Assembly: GCA_026770705.1 (NCBI GenBank)
Contig: JANJGN010000010.1
Coordinates: 158,720,001-158,784,000, forward strand
Length of the DNA stretch: 64,000 nt
Source: Isurus oxyrinchus
Lineage: Eukaryota
Direction: 5' to 3'
In this document: positions 36,153-50,671 of the stretch, piece after piece
How positions within the stretch are numbered: position 1 is the stretch's first letter
How the letters are laid out: every line of letters starts with the position of its first letter
Translations under genes and position numbers: made by a program
The notes under the pieces: model-generated
Told to the model about the DNA's origin: nothing
Databases searched by the model: none
Seen by the model: only the letters and a program-made list of their open reading frames with translations

Positions 36153-38075
36153 CATGGTTCACATTGGCAGCAAAAGGTACTGAAAGGGGAGCTTACGTAT
36201 TCTGATAAATGGATCTGTAAGGATCCAGACTGGTAATTCTTCAAGTGCCTGGAAAAGAGGAGCTTCCATGAATTTTTGCTCAGTGCCAGCTCATATAGCG
36301 TCACTCATACATCAAAATGACATTTGTTTTCTGAGGTTTGACACAATGCTGCGATTGGAAGCCCAACAGAAAGTGTTCTCTGTTAATGAGAGCAGCATAA
36401 ATATCGGATCTATCAGATATTGTGTCATGTCAGACTTTTGAGAGGCATTTTACAATTTTTCTATTAAGAACCACTCCACAAGTTCCCTTGATAACTTACT
36501 GGGGAAATGCATCATAATATGACACAAAACAATACAAAACAGAAGGTCCTTTATTGGAATCTTGATCTGTACCGAGTTAGCTATTGTCAATGTACTCCTC
36601 AATCGTGGTGCTGAGGGAGAGGTGGGGAAGAAAACCAGATTTCCTGCTCCTATAGGACTAAGCTGCAATATTTCTCATGGTAAATGGCACACCGACATTC
36701 ACTCTTTAGGGGCACACAGCAAGGTGGTCGCTTGGAAGGAATTCTGAAGGACACCCCAGTGCTTGTGGAACAATGATCAATGAAGGGGCCAACACCTTTG
36801 GAAACAGGATGGTGAACAATCCTGGCCATTATATCTCATAACTGCTAGTTATATCTGAATGTATGGTTGAGATTGCTCACAGTCCCAATGCCTGGTATTG
36901 TTCTGGAGTTCCATCAGATGGCTTGCAGTGTGTTCCTCTATGCTGCCTGAAATATGGAAGAGTGGAAGGGTTGCTGATATGCCAGAATATTCTTGGTAGA
37001 AAGCCAGAAGCAAGGACCATGTTTTGGAGAAGTTCTTGTGTTTTAACCTCAGTGTGTACATGATGTTTTCAGATTAGATGATTTTATATCGTGATTCAAT
37101 GATGTAAATAGAGTGGGGGAGGAGCTTCCTAGTTGCTCCCACTTCAACGCACTGCCTAGCACTTGCTCGTCACCATGGGGGCAATCACTATGAGAAGACC
37201 CAGGAGGCAATACATTAGACATCGATTAATTTTGTGCTGGATTTTTAAAGAACTTTTGAATAGATTTTTTTTTTGGCCTGGAACCTTGTTCAGAGGATGT
37301 ACATAATTGTACACAATACCCTGCTGTAGGCTCTCTAACATTCTGCTGGGACCACAGGACAACATCTCCCATTAAATCATAGTTGGCTAGGAAACATCCC
37401 TGCCTTGTTTTTAATGACCTGGCACTCACATAGCATTGTGCACAATAGCAGTCTCTCTGTCAGGCGAGGATAGTAGTTAGGCAAAGAATTAATTTGATCC
37501 ATAATAAAATATTACATTTCCTACAACATCACAATTTGCTACTGCGCTATTACAGTAAATTAAGTGTATTCTAGAGACAATATGGCAAAGCAGCCTACTC
37601 CATCAGGCCTTGCTAGAATATGATCAATGTGAATTTGCGCCTAGCTAATGGTTATTTCCACAGTGCAGTGTGAAAAATAATGCACATGTAGAAGATGATA
37701 CTGGCAGTTATATCTGGTAAATGATACTTATATCTGTGAGTATAGCTGTGATTACCCTTAATATCATGCCCAGTGTTGCTTCAGAGTGTCTTTAGTTTGA
37801 TGGAATGCTGGATATTTCTCTATCTTAGCGAATGAAATATAGATCTTCCATCAGAGGAAGTGCTGAGTAGGGGGTAGTAAAGGAAATCAGAAGCAGATTT
37901 GCCTCTTAGCACCTTGCTCAAGAGCAGTGGATGAAAAGACATGAAGCAGAATTTTCCATCCTTATGAATCAGTAACCTACATTTTGAAAAGAAAAGAGAC
38001 TTTCATTTAAGTAGCGCCTTTCACAATTTCAGGACGCCATCTAGCACTGTACAGCCCACAAAGTACTTCTGAAGC

Positions 38076-39000
38076 AAAAACAGAATTACCTGGAAAAACT
38101 CAGCAGGTCTGGCAGCATCGGCGGAGAAGAAAAGAGTTGACGTTTCGAGTCCTCATGACCCTTCGACAGAACTTGAGTTCGAGTCCAAGAAAGAGTTGAA
38201 ATATAAGCTGGTTTAAGGTGTGTGTTTGTGGGGGGGGGGTGTTTGGGTGGGGGCAGAGAGAGAGAAGTGGAGCGAGTTGTTGTGGTTGTAGGGACAAACA
38301 AGCAGTGATAGAAGCAGATCATCAAAAGATGTCACCAACAATAGAACAAACGAACACATAGGTGTTAAAGTTGGTGATATTATCTAAACGAATGTGCTAA
38401 TTAAGAATGGATGGTAGGGCACCCAAGGTATAGCTCTAGTGGGGATGGGGAGAGCATAAAATATTTTAAAATATTTAAAAATAATGGAAATTGGTGGGAA
38501 AAGTAAAATCTATATAATTTATTTGAAAAAAACAAAAGGAAGGGGGAAACAGAAAGGGGCTGGGGATGGGGGAGGGAGCTCAAGACCTAAAGTTGTTGAA
38601 TTCAATATTCAGTCCGGAAGGCTGTAAAGTCCCTAGTCGGAAGATGAGGTGTTGTTCCTCCAGTTTGCGTTGGGCTTCACTGGAACAATGCAGCAAGCCA
38701 AGGACAGACATGTGGGCAAGAGAGCAGGGTGGAGTGTTAAAATGGCAAGTGACTGGGAGGTTTGGGTCATTCTTGCGGACAGACCGCTGTTCTGCAAAGC
38801 GGTCGCCCAGTTTACGTTTGGTCTCTCCAATGTAGAGGAGACCACATTGGGAGCAACGAATGCAGTAGACTAAGTTGGGGGAAATGCAAGTGAAATGCTG
38901 CTTCATTTGAAAGGAGTGTTTGGGCCCTTGGACGGTGAGGAGAGAGGAAGTGAAGGGGCAGGTGTTGCATCTTTTGTGTATGCATGGGGAGGTGCCGTAG
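38076..39000 (-). mobile_element. 5'-truncated Penelope-like element (Neptune-type GIY-YIG endonuclease, 3' UTR and pLTR)
   Basis: ORF 38580-39182 contains PC..KRCNTC, FTC.S.NLVYCIRCSQCGLLYIGET, H/F motifs and GLNIEF. The pLTR at 38076-38170 is identical to the 21980-22082 arm over their overlap. Confidence 0.92.
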
Positions 39001-40984
39001 GTATGACCAGTTTGCCACATTGAAGTTCCATTTGTGACTGTCACATTCACAATCAAAGACCATGAGGTCAGACTTAAATACATTTCTTTGCAAAATAAAA
39101 CAAAGATTACTTTAGTTCTGGGTGCTGTGATAGGGCCATGCTTATCGTTTTCTCTAAGTGGAAAATCCAGCTGAAAAGCCAAGAGCAGTCGGATACTGCC
39201 TTGGTCATAAAGTATGGAAGGGGAGTTGAGTTAATCCAAGCAAGTAGTATAGATCCAGAGGAATAGAAACGGTTAGCCCTTTTATTATGGAGAACAAAGT
39301 GATCTTTAGGTCCTTGCAACATTACCTATTTCAGAGCTGAATTAGTGTCTAACAATTTAGTAAATGGAGATGAATTGTAAACAAGGTTTTGGCCACAGAG
39401 GACACTGAATCTTGGGATTTGGAGTATACCCAGCTGAGTAAGGTGTATACCTCTGTTTATCTGATCCAGCAATTATATGAAAGTCAATCTAATATGACTT
39501 TACTCATGCTTTCCATGTATTAAAGATTCTCACAAAGGCTGTACCAGAGTGCCTGGGGATTTATAATGTGACTTACGTGGACAGGGACAACAGAGTGATT
39601 ATGATATAAAATGATCTTCATTAATCATAGCATTATTTATTATTGGTATATATTTAAAAAAAATAACTTTTGCTTGAAGAGACCTTAAACAATATAAACT
39701 TTAACTGGAAGCAAATCTTAACATAGAAAGCTATTCAGTTAAACATATTCGGTGTAATTTTAACCAGTATTTTCAGACAAAGGCTATTTGCCTCCAGTTC
39801 AGTTTTAATCAGGAACTTCATGTTTGATGTCAGATGAAAGTGAATATGCAATACATTTAATTGGTATAATTTAGCATATCCCCGGGTAAAGGCATCTAGG
39901 TACTTCATGACCTCAGTACAAGTTTTATGTAAATTCTCCAGTTAACGTCTTAGACTCAAATACACAGCATCTCACGTATGAGATGATTGACAACTGTAGA
40001 TAAAGATTTAGGTGCAACAACACCAACAAGGGTGAAAGGATCGGAGAGGTGATAAGGTAAATCAGGACATATAAGTTAAGTCATGCATAACTTGAACTTC
40101 TCAAATCTGTCTTTCCCTTCAAATAAATGTAACTTTGTGTCATGAAATGTGATATCCAAAAATGGAATTAAATGTATGTATATATTTTTAAATGTTTTAT
40201 TTTTGTCCTCTATTGTGCTATAAGTTTTTCCTTCTTCATTTCCTTGGGAAACATCTCCACTTGGCCCCTACCCAGATTTTTGGGTTAAGATTGCTGACTT
40301 GCAGGGAAATAACTTCATCCTACCACCATATGGTGCAGTGCTAATATGCCAGTCCTCTGCCTCCCTAAGATACTCTCCCATTGCCATCTATCCTGAATCC
40401 CAATCCCTTGATGATGTAACAGAGTTTGCATAAGCAGAGAATTTTTTTTCCCCTCAAGATTGTCACAATGTAGACATAGAAATTTTAGTCTGATTCTTAA
40501 GTCTTGCATAACTTGTACTTAATTTCTGCAGTCTTTGTTGTCATCAACTATTTGCCTGGGATTTTGTATTGTTTGAAGACTGAAGGAGCCAAGAAGGTTT
40601 AATTTGTGGTAATAAAGGTGTATGTTCTCATTTAGTGAAAAAGGTTGTCATCACTTACATGTCCTTGTCAAATAGCTACAAAGAAATGATGAATGTGATT
40701 GTATAGGGACTGTTTAAACTTGATCAACCTAATTAAATACTACCTGTAATGCTGATGTATATAATATCAGAACCCAATTTGGTATGAAGGACCTTATTCA
40801 AGGTACTTGTTCATGCTTCATCCCTCCTTTGAAAAAAATTGATGTTTTGTATTTTGGAAAGAAAATGATGATGGAAATATAACATTAGTGGAGGCTGGCG
40901 CCTGATAGGAAAGAAGAGCAAATTATTAGATGACATTTCCTGAATAACAATGAATTGATCCAATAAGATGGCATGTTACTTTTT

Positions 40985-41460
40985 CTCAATCATTCATGGG
41001 ATGTGAGCACTGCTGGCAAGACCAGCATTTATTGCCCAGTATCCCTTGAGAAGGTGATGATGAGTCGTCTTATTGAACCACTGCCGTCCATGTGGTGTAA
41101 ATACACCCACTGTGCTTTTTTCTGTAGTGGTTTGAAATAACTGAGTGACTTGTGAGGTCATTTCAGAGGGCAGTCAGGAGCCAACCACATTGTTGTGGAT
41201 CTGAAGTCATGTGTAGGCCAGGACAGGTAAGGATGGCATTCCTTCCCTGAAGGTACTTAGTGAACCTGGATTTTTACAGCAGTCCAGTAGTTTCATGGTT
41301 ATTATTAATGAGACAAGCATTTTATTCCAGATTTATTAATTAATTGAATTTAAATTCCCTCAGCTGCCCCAGTGGGGCTCGAACTCACACCTATGGAGCA
41401 TTAGTCCTGGTCTCTGGATTACTAATTAGCAACTTTTTGGACCATATTACTACATTAAGT
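40985..41460 (-). mobile_element. tRNA-derived SINE with LINE-shared tail
   Basis: Minus-strand B-box GAGTTCGAGCC near 41380, plus the tail shared with 33775-34390. Confidence 0.7.
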
Positions 41461-44400
41461 CCTGAGCCATTCAGGGCCTCCAAACAGATCCAGAGATATG
41501 ACATTGATATAATTATATTAGCTGGTCCCAGAGCATCTTGTCAACTATTTTTATATTACTTATTGCAAACATGCCTTTTCATATTCATGATCAAATTGAT
41601 CAGTTTACTTAGATAGTACTTAGGGTCATTGTCTGGTGCTTAAGGGCCCAAAACAAACTTTGACATGAGGCCCCCGCAGGCACACAGTGCTCCTATGTAT
41701 AGGTAGCAATTGTCTAGAGATTGTTGAATTATTGAAATTCGGAATGTATGTTATCTATAGGAAGGTTTAGAGTATCTTTTTAGAAATCTGCTCAACTTTT
41801 CAGAAAATGCGCTTCTTTCATTTAATCTTGAGTGTAATGAGATAATGCATGTCCTCAAATGGCATTCTCCCACCTGTAAAATAGCGTACACTCACCCTTC
41901 AGCTCCGGGAAATAAGGTTGACTTTAAAGAACAGGGTGTGTTTTTCTGTAAATTTCAAATTTCCATTTGTGTTCTCTTTTTTTCGATGGGAGAGAATGGA
42001 GGGCAGGATGGAATGGGCAGGCTGGGGCTCAGGCAGGATTTGGGAGAGCAATGGGCCATCAAGGACCTAGAGGAAATGGCTGGGCCCAGCAACATTTCGA
42101 AGGATTGGCTCAAGGCTTGGTTATGTGTGAGTGAATTCTTTTAATAATAAGATAACAGTTAAATAACCAGATACTGTGAAAAGAGTGAATTCTTTTTACA
42201 GACTAGTGATTCCCTTTTGGCCTTGCTCACAGTTAGTTTTAAGCAATTGATACATCTTTTAGCTTCCTGTAACAGGGTAGATTGATGGGTGGACCAGAGC
42301 AAGTCAGTGTCACCAGTAGCCGGAGAGCTGATTAGTAATTTTTAAATATTATCTATTAAAATAATAGGATCTAGTGTCACCATTATACTTCAGGAACTAA
42401 CTTCAAGTTACACCACTAAATTGTGATGGGAGGAAGTAGCATGACAAACAGGAAGTCTCAGGCAATTTGTAGATAGTGATTTTTAATTGGTTTTTATTAA
42501 TAGGATATTTGAGTCAATCCACAAACTTTGTTCCCATTTGGAACACTTCACTATAACGTGTGGACATGCCCAGACATTTTTTTATGATGCAGATGGGTTC
42601 AGGTGCAAGTACTCACTTTCCCATTGAATAATATGACAAATATGACTCTGTCCAATTATAAACTTTGCAAGAAAATGAGTGCCATTCTAGTAACAATCAT
42701 CGTGGAGATTGCTGACGACTTCACTGGTATTCATTAACGATGATCAGACAGTCAATCAGACTACAAGAGGGAAGCCACTGCATTAGGACCATGAGTTTCA
42801 ACAGATTTTCTTTCAGATCATGATCTCAGTAACAAGTGGTCATTTTTAATGACTGGAATGAGTAATTACAGTGACAAAAATATAGAAGATATATTTGCAA
42901 ACCTAGTCACAGATCAGCTGTTTATAAATCACAGGAAACCATTTCTGTCAAATACAATTGGCCCTGCCGCTCCTTTGAGTGATTATATTTTCATTGCTAC
43001 TCTTTCTGCACTAAGTAACTTTTAATAAGCGTTCAGCTAGCTTTATGTTTGGGGAAGAATATTCGCTTGGCTCAGGGGCAAATGACATCTGAATCCTGTG
43101 TAAAATTACTGTGCTCAGTTCTCCCAGTGGCTTGTTTGGTAAATGTGCCATACGATGCTGTGCTTGCAGTCATGCACCCTTCTTCTTATGTGGCAGTGCA
43201 CAGAGAGCTCATTTGAACATCAGCTAATTTGCTGTGTTGCTGCAGGTGGCAGCCCTTACTTTGCAGCTGCCATAGCAAAGGAAACAAGGTGGTGTTGCTG
43301 CCTGCAGAGGCTCATTGTCCCTCCTAAGTGGTAGATTCCACCAGTGCCTTTCACTCACTGTGAACGAAACAACTTGAGTGATTGATGAAGGCATCATTCA
43401 TTGTCACATACAAACTCACATATTGTGATGGTAAAGCAACTGGGTGTGTGCAGATATGGATTTTTGTTCCAGTGTTGTGGAATGCTCTTTACACTATAAA
43501 GGGAACATTTTCCACATTATCAAGATCCAGGGCTGGTATTGCAGAATCATTGCTTGGAAGTGTCTCTGCAGTATGAACACAAACAGTGCCAATGAGGGCA
43601 AAAAAATCATTGACGTAGCACCAAACTTTATCAGGGTTAAATTACAGTAACACAGGGCTCATTTGTCACCAGGGACTACACAATAGTGTGGTACACTATT
43701 TTTTGGATATAGTAAGCCTCTTTCATTTACCATTTATAGCTAAAAAGTAATTGGTAACTTTGGTAACCAGTTATGCATTTAATCATTAAATTCAAGCCTC
43801 TTACATGCCAGTTTAATAGATGAAGCTTCAGTTCAGCTTGTCAGTTTGCTCTGCTGCTGCAACCAGAGGTAACAATTTAAATATGCAGATTAATGATCAA
43901 AGAACAAAAGCACAGAGGAAGAACAAAACAGCTTTAAGATCAGTAGTGTCTGTGAGAGAAATTCGTGTTTAAATAATACCACAATAACCTTTTTTGTACA
44001 AAAAAGCAAGTTTTAATTTGTGGCTTTCAAAACCCCCCAGCTCCTATGAATTTCTGTGACACCCTTGTCTGTTATGTGTATAATAAGGGGGATTTCTTTG
44101 GTTTCTCCCTGTATCAGGGCACCTTCCCCATAGGGAGAGGCGTTCTGAGTAAAGGATGCCCACTCCAGTTTCCCCTCAGCTTGTAGAGCAACACATTAAG
44201 GAAGAAAAGTCAGAGTGACACTTTCAGGGAAGGAAGGAATTAACCAGGAGCAGCACTTTGATGTGGAGGGTGGAAGCCAGATGTGGTGTTTTGGGAGGGA
44301 GAATAAATGGGGGCAGGGGAGGGATAAGGAGTTTTTATTTGGGCAATAAAGTGGGAGAAGGTGAGAGCAGAACTTTGGGAATGAAACTTGGAGAGGGAGA

Positions 44401-44851
44401 GCAGTGCTAGCAGTAATTGGCAGAAGGGAAGGGAGGAGAATGTCAGCGTTCACTAATGGAGGCGGAAGATCGGAAATGTAAGCATTGACTCAGTGGGGAA
44501 TGAGGAAGGACGGTGAACGGGGAAAAACACCGCCAGCATTAACTTGGAGGTGGGGGCGGGGCATGGGAGGAGGGAGCATAGAAAGTTCCACATTAAGCAA
44601 GGTGGGAGATAAAGAAAGGAGACTGCAGCTAACACTGGCATGGAACGAGAAGCTTTAAGTAAGGAAGAGGGTGGAAGAGAAGGGACAGTGCGACATGAAC
44701 TGTGGGTGGAAAGTCACAATGCATTGACACGATAGTGTCAGTATAACTGCAGCCTTAGTACTTGTCAGGTCACAGGACTATATTTCAACTCTTTTCCACC
44801 AAGGCTCCTTCATCATCCAAACCCACAACCTCTACCACCTAGAAAGACAAG

Positions 44852-45125
44852 AGCCGGGATTTTCCGCTCCCATTTGCAACGGGCGTCATAAGTGGGCGGG
44901 AACGGGAAATATCGGGAGATTGCAAAAATCAGTTTCACGTTGTCGTCAAACCAGTTTGCGATCGTCTGCGCCACCCGTCAATGGCAGGCTGCGTTCCCCA
45001 ACTGCAGCACGTCGGGAAGGTAATTTCAATGGTTTAGCAAAAGCCTGCCCTTGCAGCTGACGGAAAATAATGTCTTTTTTCACGCCTGCCGCTACACTTA
45101 GTGCAATTCAGGGAAAATTCCGGCC
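44852..45125. mobile_element. Harbinger-type MITE inserted into a LINE 3' fragment (44790-45385, +)
   Basis: TIRs AGCCGGGATTTTCC / GGAAAATTCCGGCC and 3-bp TSD AAG. Removing the insert restores AGACAAGGGCAGCAGA. Confidence 0.8.
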
Positions 45126-46334
45126 AAGGGCAGCAGATGCACGGGAGCACCACCACCTGCAATTTCCCCTCCAAGTCACAAGCATCCTGACTTGGAAATA
45201 TATCGCCATTCCTTCACTGTCTCTGGGTCACAATTCTGGAGCTCCCTTCCTAACAGCACTGCGTGTGTCCGTACAACACATGGGCTGCAGCGGTTCAAGG
45301 AGGCAACACACCATCACCTTCTCAAGGGAAAATAGGGATGGGCAATAAATGCTAGCCTAACCAACGAGGCCCACATCCTATGAAATTTTTTTTAAAAACT
45401 AGTGATTTTCATGGTGCTCTGATAATATACAGTGAAATTAGTACATTCCACCATCATTGGTTGTTCCTCATTTTGGAAGGGGTAGGAGAGATGATCCTTC
45501 CCTGATTCTATATTTTCTTATGTTCACAAAAATAAAGAACAAAGGTGTACATACTCTGACTTCATGATAATGCAGTCATATGAGCCTTGTTAAATGTTAT
45601 TAATTATCAAGTCATTCAACAACTCGAAATGTCAATGTCACCATATTGTGCTAATACATGGGCAAATGCATCTTTGTGTTCCGATTGACATAAAAAAGAC
45701 ACGGTTGCTATTAGAAACACTCCAGGTTGTTCCTGGGAGTTTCAATAGCACTGTGATAAATGCCTCAAAATGCTCTACAGTCGTAAGCTTTTGCCTTCAG
45801 ATAAATCAATAATGCCTCACATGGAAATTAAGAGTCTTTGTGGATTTGTGTAATGTCAATTTTCTGATATGTTCAATCCAAAGTTTCTAATTGTATAGCC
45901 AGTTTTCATAGTCATGTGAATGTGTTACAGGACTGATCTGATCTGTTGCATGTGGGAGCCCCGCGTAGATAGCAGTTCCCCCATGTTATGCTCAATGTAA
46001 AGAATGGATAAGTAATGAAATAAAAGTAAAAAGCGCTGGAGTTGCACAGCAGGTCAGCTGACACCTAAAGTTAAAGATGAGTTCTCATCTTATGTGTGCT
46101 ACTTCATCAAAACACTCTGTCTGAGAGTGTAAGGGGGGGTTAATTTCCCTCTTTTAGATCCTGTACATTTACTGTATTTCCTGGGTTTTTTCCCCAGCAT
46201 TCATGCTTCTTATGCTGGGAGTGAGTAAATTTGGTGTGACCAGCATACATTTTGTCCACAGAAAATGGATGAATTGTAAATATTTAGTTCAATAGGCTTC
46301 TGGTGGTTTGTTAGAAGATGGAAAAGGAAAAGGA

Positions 46335-46735
46335 AAGACTTGGACTTCTATGGCGCTGTTCACAATCTCAGTACATCCCAAAGTCCTTCACAGTCAATGA
46401 AGTGTTTTTGAAAGGTATTCACTGTTGTAATGTAAGAAATACAGCAGCCATTTGCACACAAACAGCAAAGTGATAATGACCACATAACCTGTGTTTGTGA
46501 TGTTGATGTAAATGTTGGCTAGGACACCAGGTATAACTCCCCTGCTCTTTGAAAAAGTACACTGGGATTCCCTACTTCCACTAAGAACACAGACAGTGCC
46601 TTAGTTTAACCTCCAATATGAAAGACAGCATCTCCAACAGTGCAGCACTCCCTCAGTACTAAATTTTTGTGCTCAAGTCTCCTGATTGGGACTTGATTGC
46701 ATAAACTTCTGACTCTGAGGTGCGAGTGCTATTGG
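46335..46735 (-). mobile_element. Deu-domain SINE
   Basis: GAAAGACAGCATCTCCAACAGTGCAGCACTCCCTCAGTACT is the reverse complement of the Deu core. Collinear with 32185-32600. Confidence 0.75.
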
Positions 46736-47281
46736 ACTGTGAGAATGGCAATCCGCCCGTGATAATTATAATGCACATTTACATTTAGAACCCAAATTAA
46801 ATCTGCAGTCCTTTGCACTCCCAATTTTATAAGGCTCCGGCATGAGAAACTGAGCCCCACTAAGGCTGAGCACAGCTCAGAAAGTCAAGCATACAGATCA
46901 GTGAAGAAAAATGCCAGCTTGGAAGTTCTGTTGCAAACCTTATTATACCTACAAGTTATATTTAATTTATATTAGTGCTTAATCACTATATTCCATTCAA
47001 TTTGAGCTGAAAATCAGATTTTCCATATTACCACTAAACTAGCCATCAAGGCTAGGCAAACACTGTGCTGGAATCTTACACTAATTATTCAAATGAAAAA
47101 AATGGTATGCAGTTTTTGTGCCAATTTTTGTCACGGTAGCTTGACATCTGGACTTTAGCGCAGATACTAATGAAAGAAACTTACAATCCTCGCACTACTT
47201 TTCACATACAGATAGCCCGTTACCCATGTCCCACAGAGTTACTGAGGCAATACTAAACAGTATATAAACCTAGAAATTATT

Positions 47282-49274
47282 GGGTCAGATTTTGCTGCAG
47301 CAGAGCATTTAACAGCATGTCTGCCATTAGTTAGGCTTGTCTCTGCGCCCTTCAGATCAAAAAATAAATGCCCACTAAGTTGCCGAAAGTGTAACTGATA
47401 ACGGTGCAGTGAGGGAACAAGGGCACACAAATGTATCTCCTTAACCAATGGGATTTAAGGATTGGAGAATAAACACAGGAATGACTGGGGAGGAGTTGAA
47501 TTCAAAGCCAAATCAGGCTCCGAAAGAGAAATAAAAAGCAGGAAAGAAAGCTTGAATTAAGGGAGAGAGCAGAAAGAGACAGATAGAAAATATAATCAAG
47601 TATAAAATTTCCGATGACACTTTGGATCAAGAAGGCATGTAGTAGGAAAGTTGATACCTAACCATCCCCACTGAGGGGGGCTTTGGCTTTCTAGCAGGGG
47701 ATCCCACTGCCCTACCTACACTGTGTCTCCACTGACAATGTAACTCAGACATGCTTTAACTAACCTTAACCATCTGTTCCAAGAAAGAATGAGATGAATT
47801 TATGTCATAAATCTCCAACTTTCTTGCATATTTAATTTGTTTTTTTTCTCATGTTCCATTTGTTTCAAGTTATGTTCTGAAAAGCTACACATTATTATTT
47901 GGTAAGGGAAAGCAACAGGCAGCAATTAGAGAACAGGAAGATGAAGAGGCTAGAGCAAGAGGCGAGAAGTTGACAGAGAGCAGCAGAATGCAAGAAGAAC
48001 AAATGCTGCAAGTAAGAGACCAATACTCTTTAAGGAAGCTTTCATATGTGATCCTCATCATAATTATGAGTCAGATTCAATATATGATATTGGCTGTGGT
48101 TCAGAGGTATGGGAATATTATGGAGCAACAAAAAAAGAACCACTTCCAATGTATTACACAAATGATAAGGTGTGATTGCCACCCTTAAGTGAGCCACTTG
48201 ACCCACTCAAAACACTTCCTGAAAATGATCAGAAAATATAACAGCTGAGTGGGATCACCAAGAAATATCTTTATTTTGGCTCATGAAGGAAGAGCTTCTA
48301 ACGTGGGTTGTCATGAAATATTTAATGTGTTACTAAACACTGAAAATGCAGACAGTGACACTGAGAATGTAGAGAGTGAAACTACAGATGATGCCTTTGA
48401 CACTGATGATGAAATACTCAGAGTAATAACAGGCATTGAGGAAATAGGTGTCAATGTAAATTTTGATCCTGAGGGTTTTCAGAATGCCACAGTGAGTAGA
48501 GAATGATTTGCAAAAAAGTAAAAATTTTAAATCTAATTAAACTCGAGTCAAGCCAAGTAAAGCAAATAAAGGTAAATTAATTGTGAAAAGAAATATTTTT
48601 TGTCAAATATTTTTGAGTATAATAATAATTTTGTGTGAATTTAGGCATTTGTGTTTCATTTTTGTGGGATTAAAATTATTAATTAAAATAATTGTGTGAA
48701 AGAAGGTGATAAGTGAATTTTGAATGAAATCTATTGGATATAGGAATGCTTCAAATAAATTACTTAATAGAATCATTTTTGTCTGATTTTCAGCTTTAAT
48801 ACCAATCCAATTCAGTCTGTATGTTATAGGGTGACTATCTCAGTTTATTACTTCATTAAAAAAATGTCTTTATCTTATTTTGCAAATATAATTTTTAACT
48901 TTCATCCCTTTTTTTCCAGATGTAAGACAGGAAGCCCATCTTGCTTGTAATAATTTTCAGTGCCAGAGAGGTTGACCGATGATCATTACCAATTAACATG
49001 TCATTTAAAGGGCTAATATGTTTGAAATGTCAAATCTGAACTTTCTGTGGCAAGTTTAATGGGCTATTAATGGACAAATCAAGCAAGTTCCTAAAAAAGG
49101 GGACACTAAGGGTAAGATGCTGTTTTTGTGAAACTAATGGTGGAGAAGTGCAACTTGGACAGCAATCTTTGTATATTCAGATTTAACCACACACCTGAAG
49201 TTTCTGTAGCATTTACCCATACGTAAGGTGAGTGCCATTAGCTTTGCCATTATTTTGACAGCAAATTCTGGTCC
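47282..49274. mobile_element. Non-autonomous Harbinger-type element, probably containing a nested insertion
   Basis: TIRs GGGTCAGATTTTGCTG / CAGCAAATTCTGGTCC (13/16). 3-bp TSD ATT at 47279-47281 and 49275-49277. Confidence 0.6.
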
Positions 49275-50014
49275 ATTGCTGGGGATGTTGTAGCCGAACA
49301 TTTAACATATTTATATGACATTCCTCTATCTATTGCTTTAGAAGAAGCATTAGCTGCTTTAAAATAAATGGGTTATTGTTTGCATTAAAACAGCTGCAGA
49401 GGGTCTACTAATACTGCCAACATTTATTTCTAGACTGTAATGATGGAAGGCTGGTAGATAGGATGACATTGCAATATAAGATCTGATGTGGATGACATCA
49501 AATAGAAAGCAAGATAGTAGCAGTTTGAAATTTGTGGATTGAATGTTCATCTTGTAAATAGGGGTCAAAACAAATGATCCAATAAATAACTTTGAAATAT
49601 ACATTTTTCTAATGATTGCTTGGTGCTAATGAATATTAAACAGACATGCAAATGAGGTGTGTGTGCATTGGAGTGTGCTTTGTTTATGCAAACAAGAAGA
49701 ATGAATGTGTGCAGCAATTCCTCAATAATTCATTATTCCTCAGTTGTATTATTAATTTTGAGTTTCCATATTATAGGCCCTGTTGCTGATGGACAGACAC
49801 GCAGTTAGTTCAGCAGTTAAAACAGTGAGCATTTCAAAGTGGCTGTGTACAGTCTGACATGGATGACAAAAGCTGTGCAAAATAAGTATAAATCGACACT
49901 GACTAAACAAAGGGGTCCATTCCCCTCTCTCCCATTCCTCCCGAACAGTCACCCACATCACACGCTGTGTATGTGCATAACTGACAATAAAGGCACAAAG
50001 TCAGGTAGTGAAGA

Positions 50015-50170
50015 CAAGAAATAAACAGTGCAGACACACAGCAGGCCAGTCAGCATCTGAAAGAGAAAGACAGGTAACAAAATGGTAACCTGCCTTTTCT
50101 TCACAGCTGCTGTCAGACCTGCTGTGCACTTCCAACATGTTCTATTTTAATTTCAGATTTCCAACGTGTA
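50015..50170. mobile_element. Old Penelope-like pLTR pair in inverted arrangement
   Basis: CAGCAGGCCAGTCAGCATCTGAAAGAG...TCTTCACAGCTGCTGTCAGACCTGCTG forms a degenerate palindrome of the same family motif. Confidence 0.55.
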
Positions 50171-50671
50171 TGGTTCAATTTTTCTCTGCAGAAAATCTTG
50201 TGGAGCTCGCCCGATGGTAGAAAATACGATGCACCTATGTGAACGTGCAATTCCACATCACCAAATTACAAATATACTGGTTGAAAAAAGCAATCATCTT
50301 TCAGCTTGAAGGAATACTCTAGATTTTAATTTGCTTTATAAAATCCCAAGGAGATGTACTTTCCTCTGGCTACTGCTTCAGTTAAAAAATGTAAAGTAAT
50401 ATTCTTGCGTTCTACTTCTTGTACACATACCTACTCTTTTGGCTAAAAATAGTGGAAGTACACTGCACACCTAGATGTTCTATTGTTATCCCACAATACC
50501 CATCAACATTTGGCACGCAGAGTATCAGTAATGGGAGACAAAGGAGGCAGGACTCAATCTGTCACACTGTACCTGGTTGATATCGGATAGAAAGTAACCC
50601 CATTGGTTGTAAATCAGTGAGTTTTAGACTCTTCCTCCGCCTTTATGCTCAGTGTCAGATTTTGTCTGATT

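Noticed and set aside
39001-39182. N-terminal part of the 200-aa ORF 38580-39182
   Set aside because: This is chance read-in from flanking DNA upstream of the PLE 5' truncation point. There is no evidence of a domesticated fusion gene.
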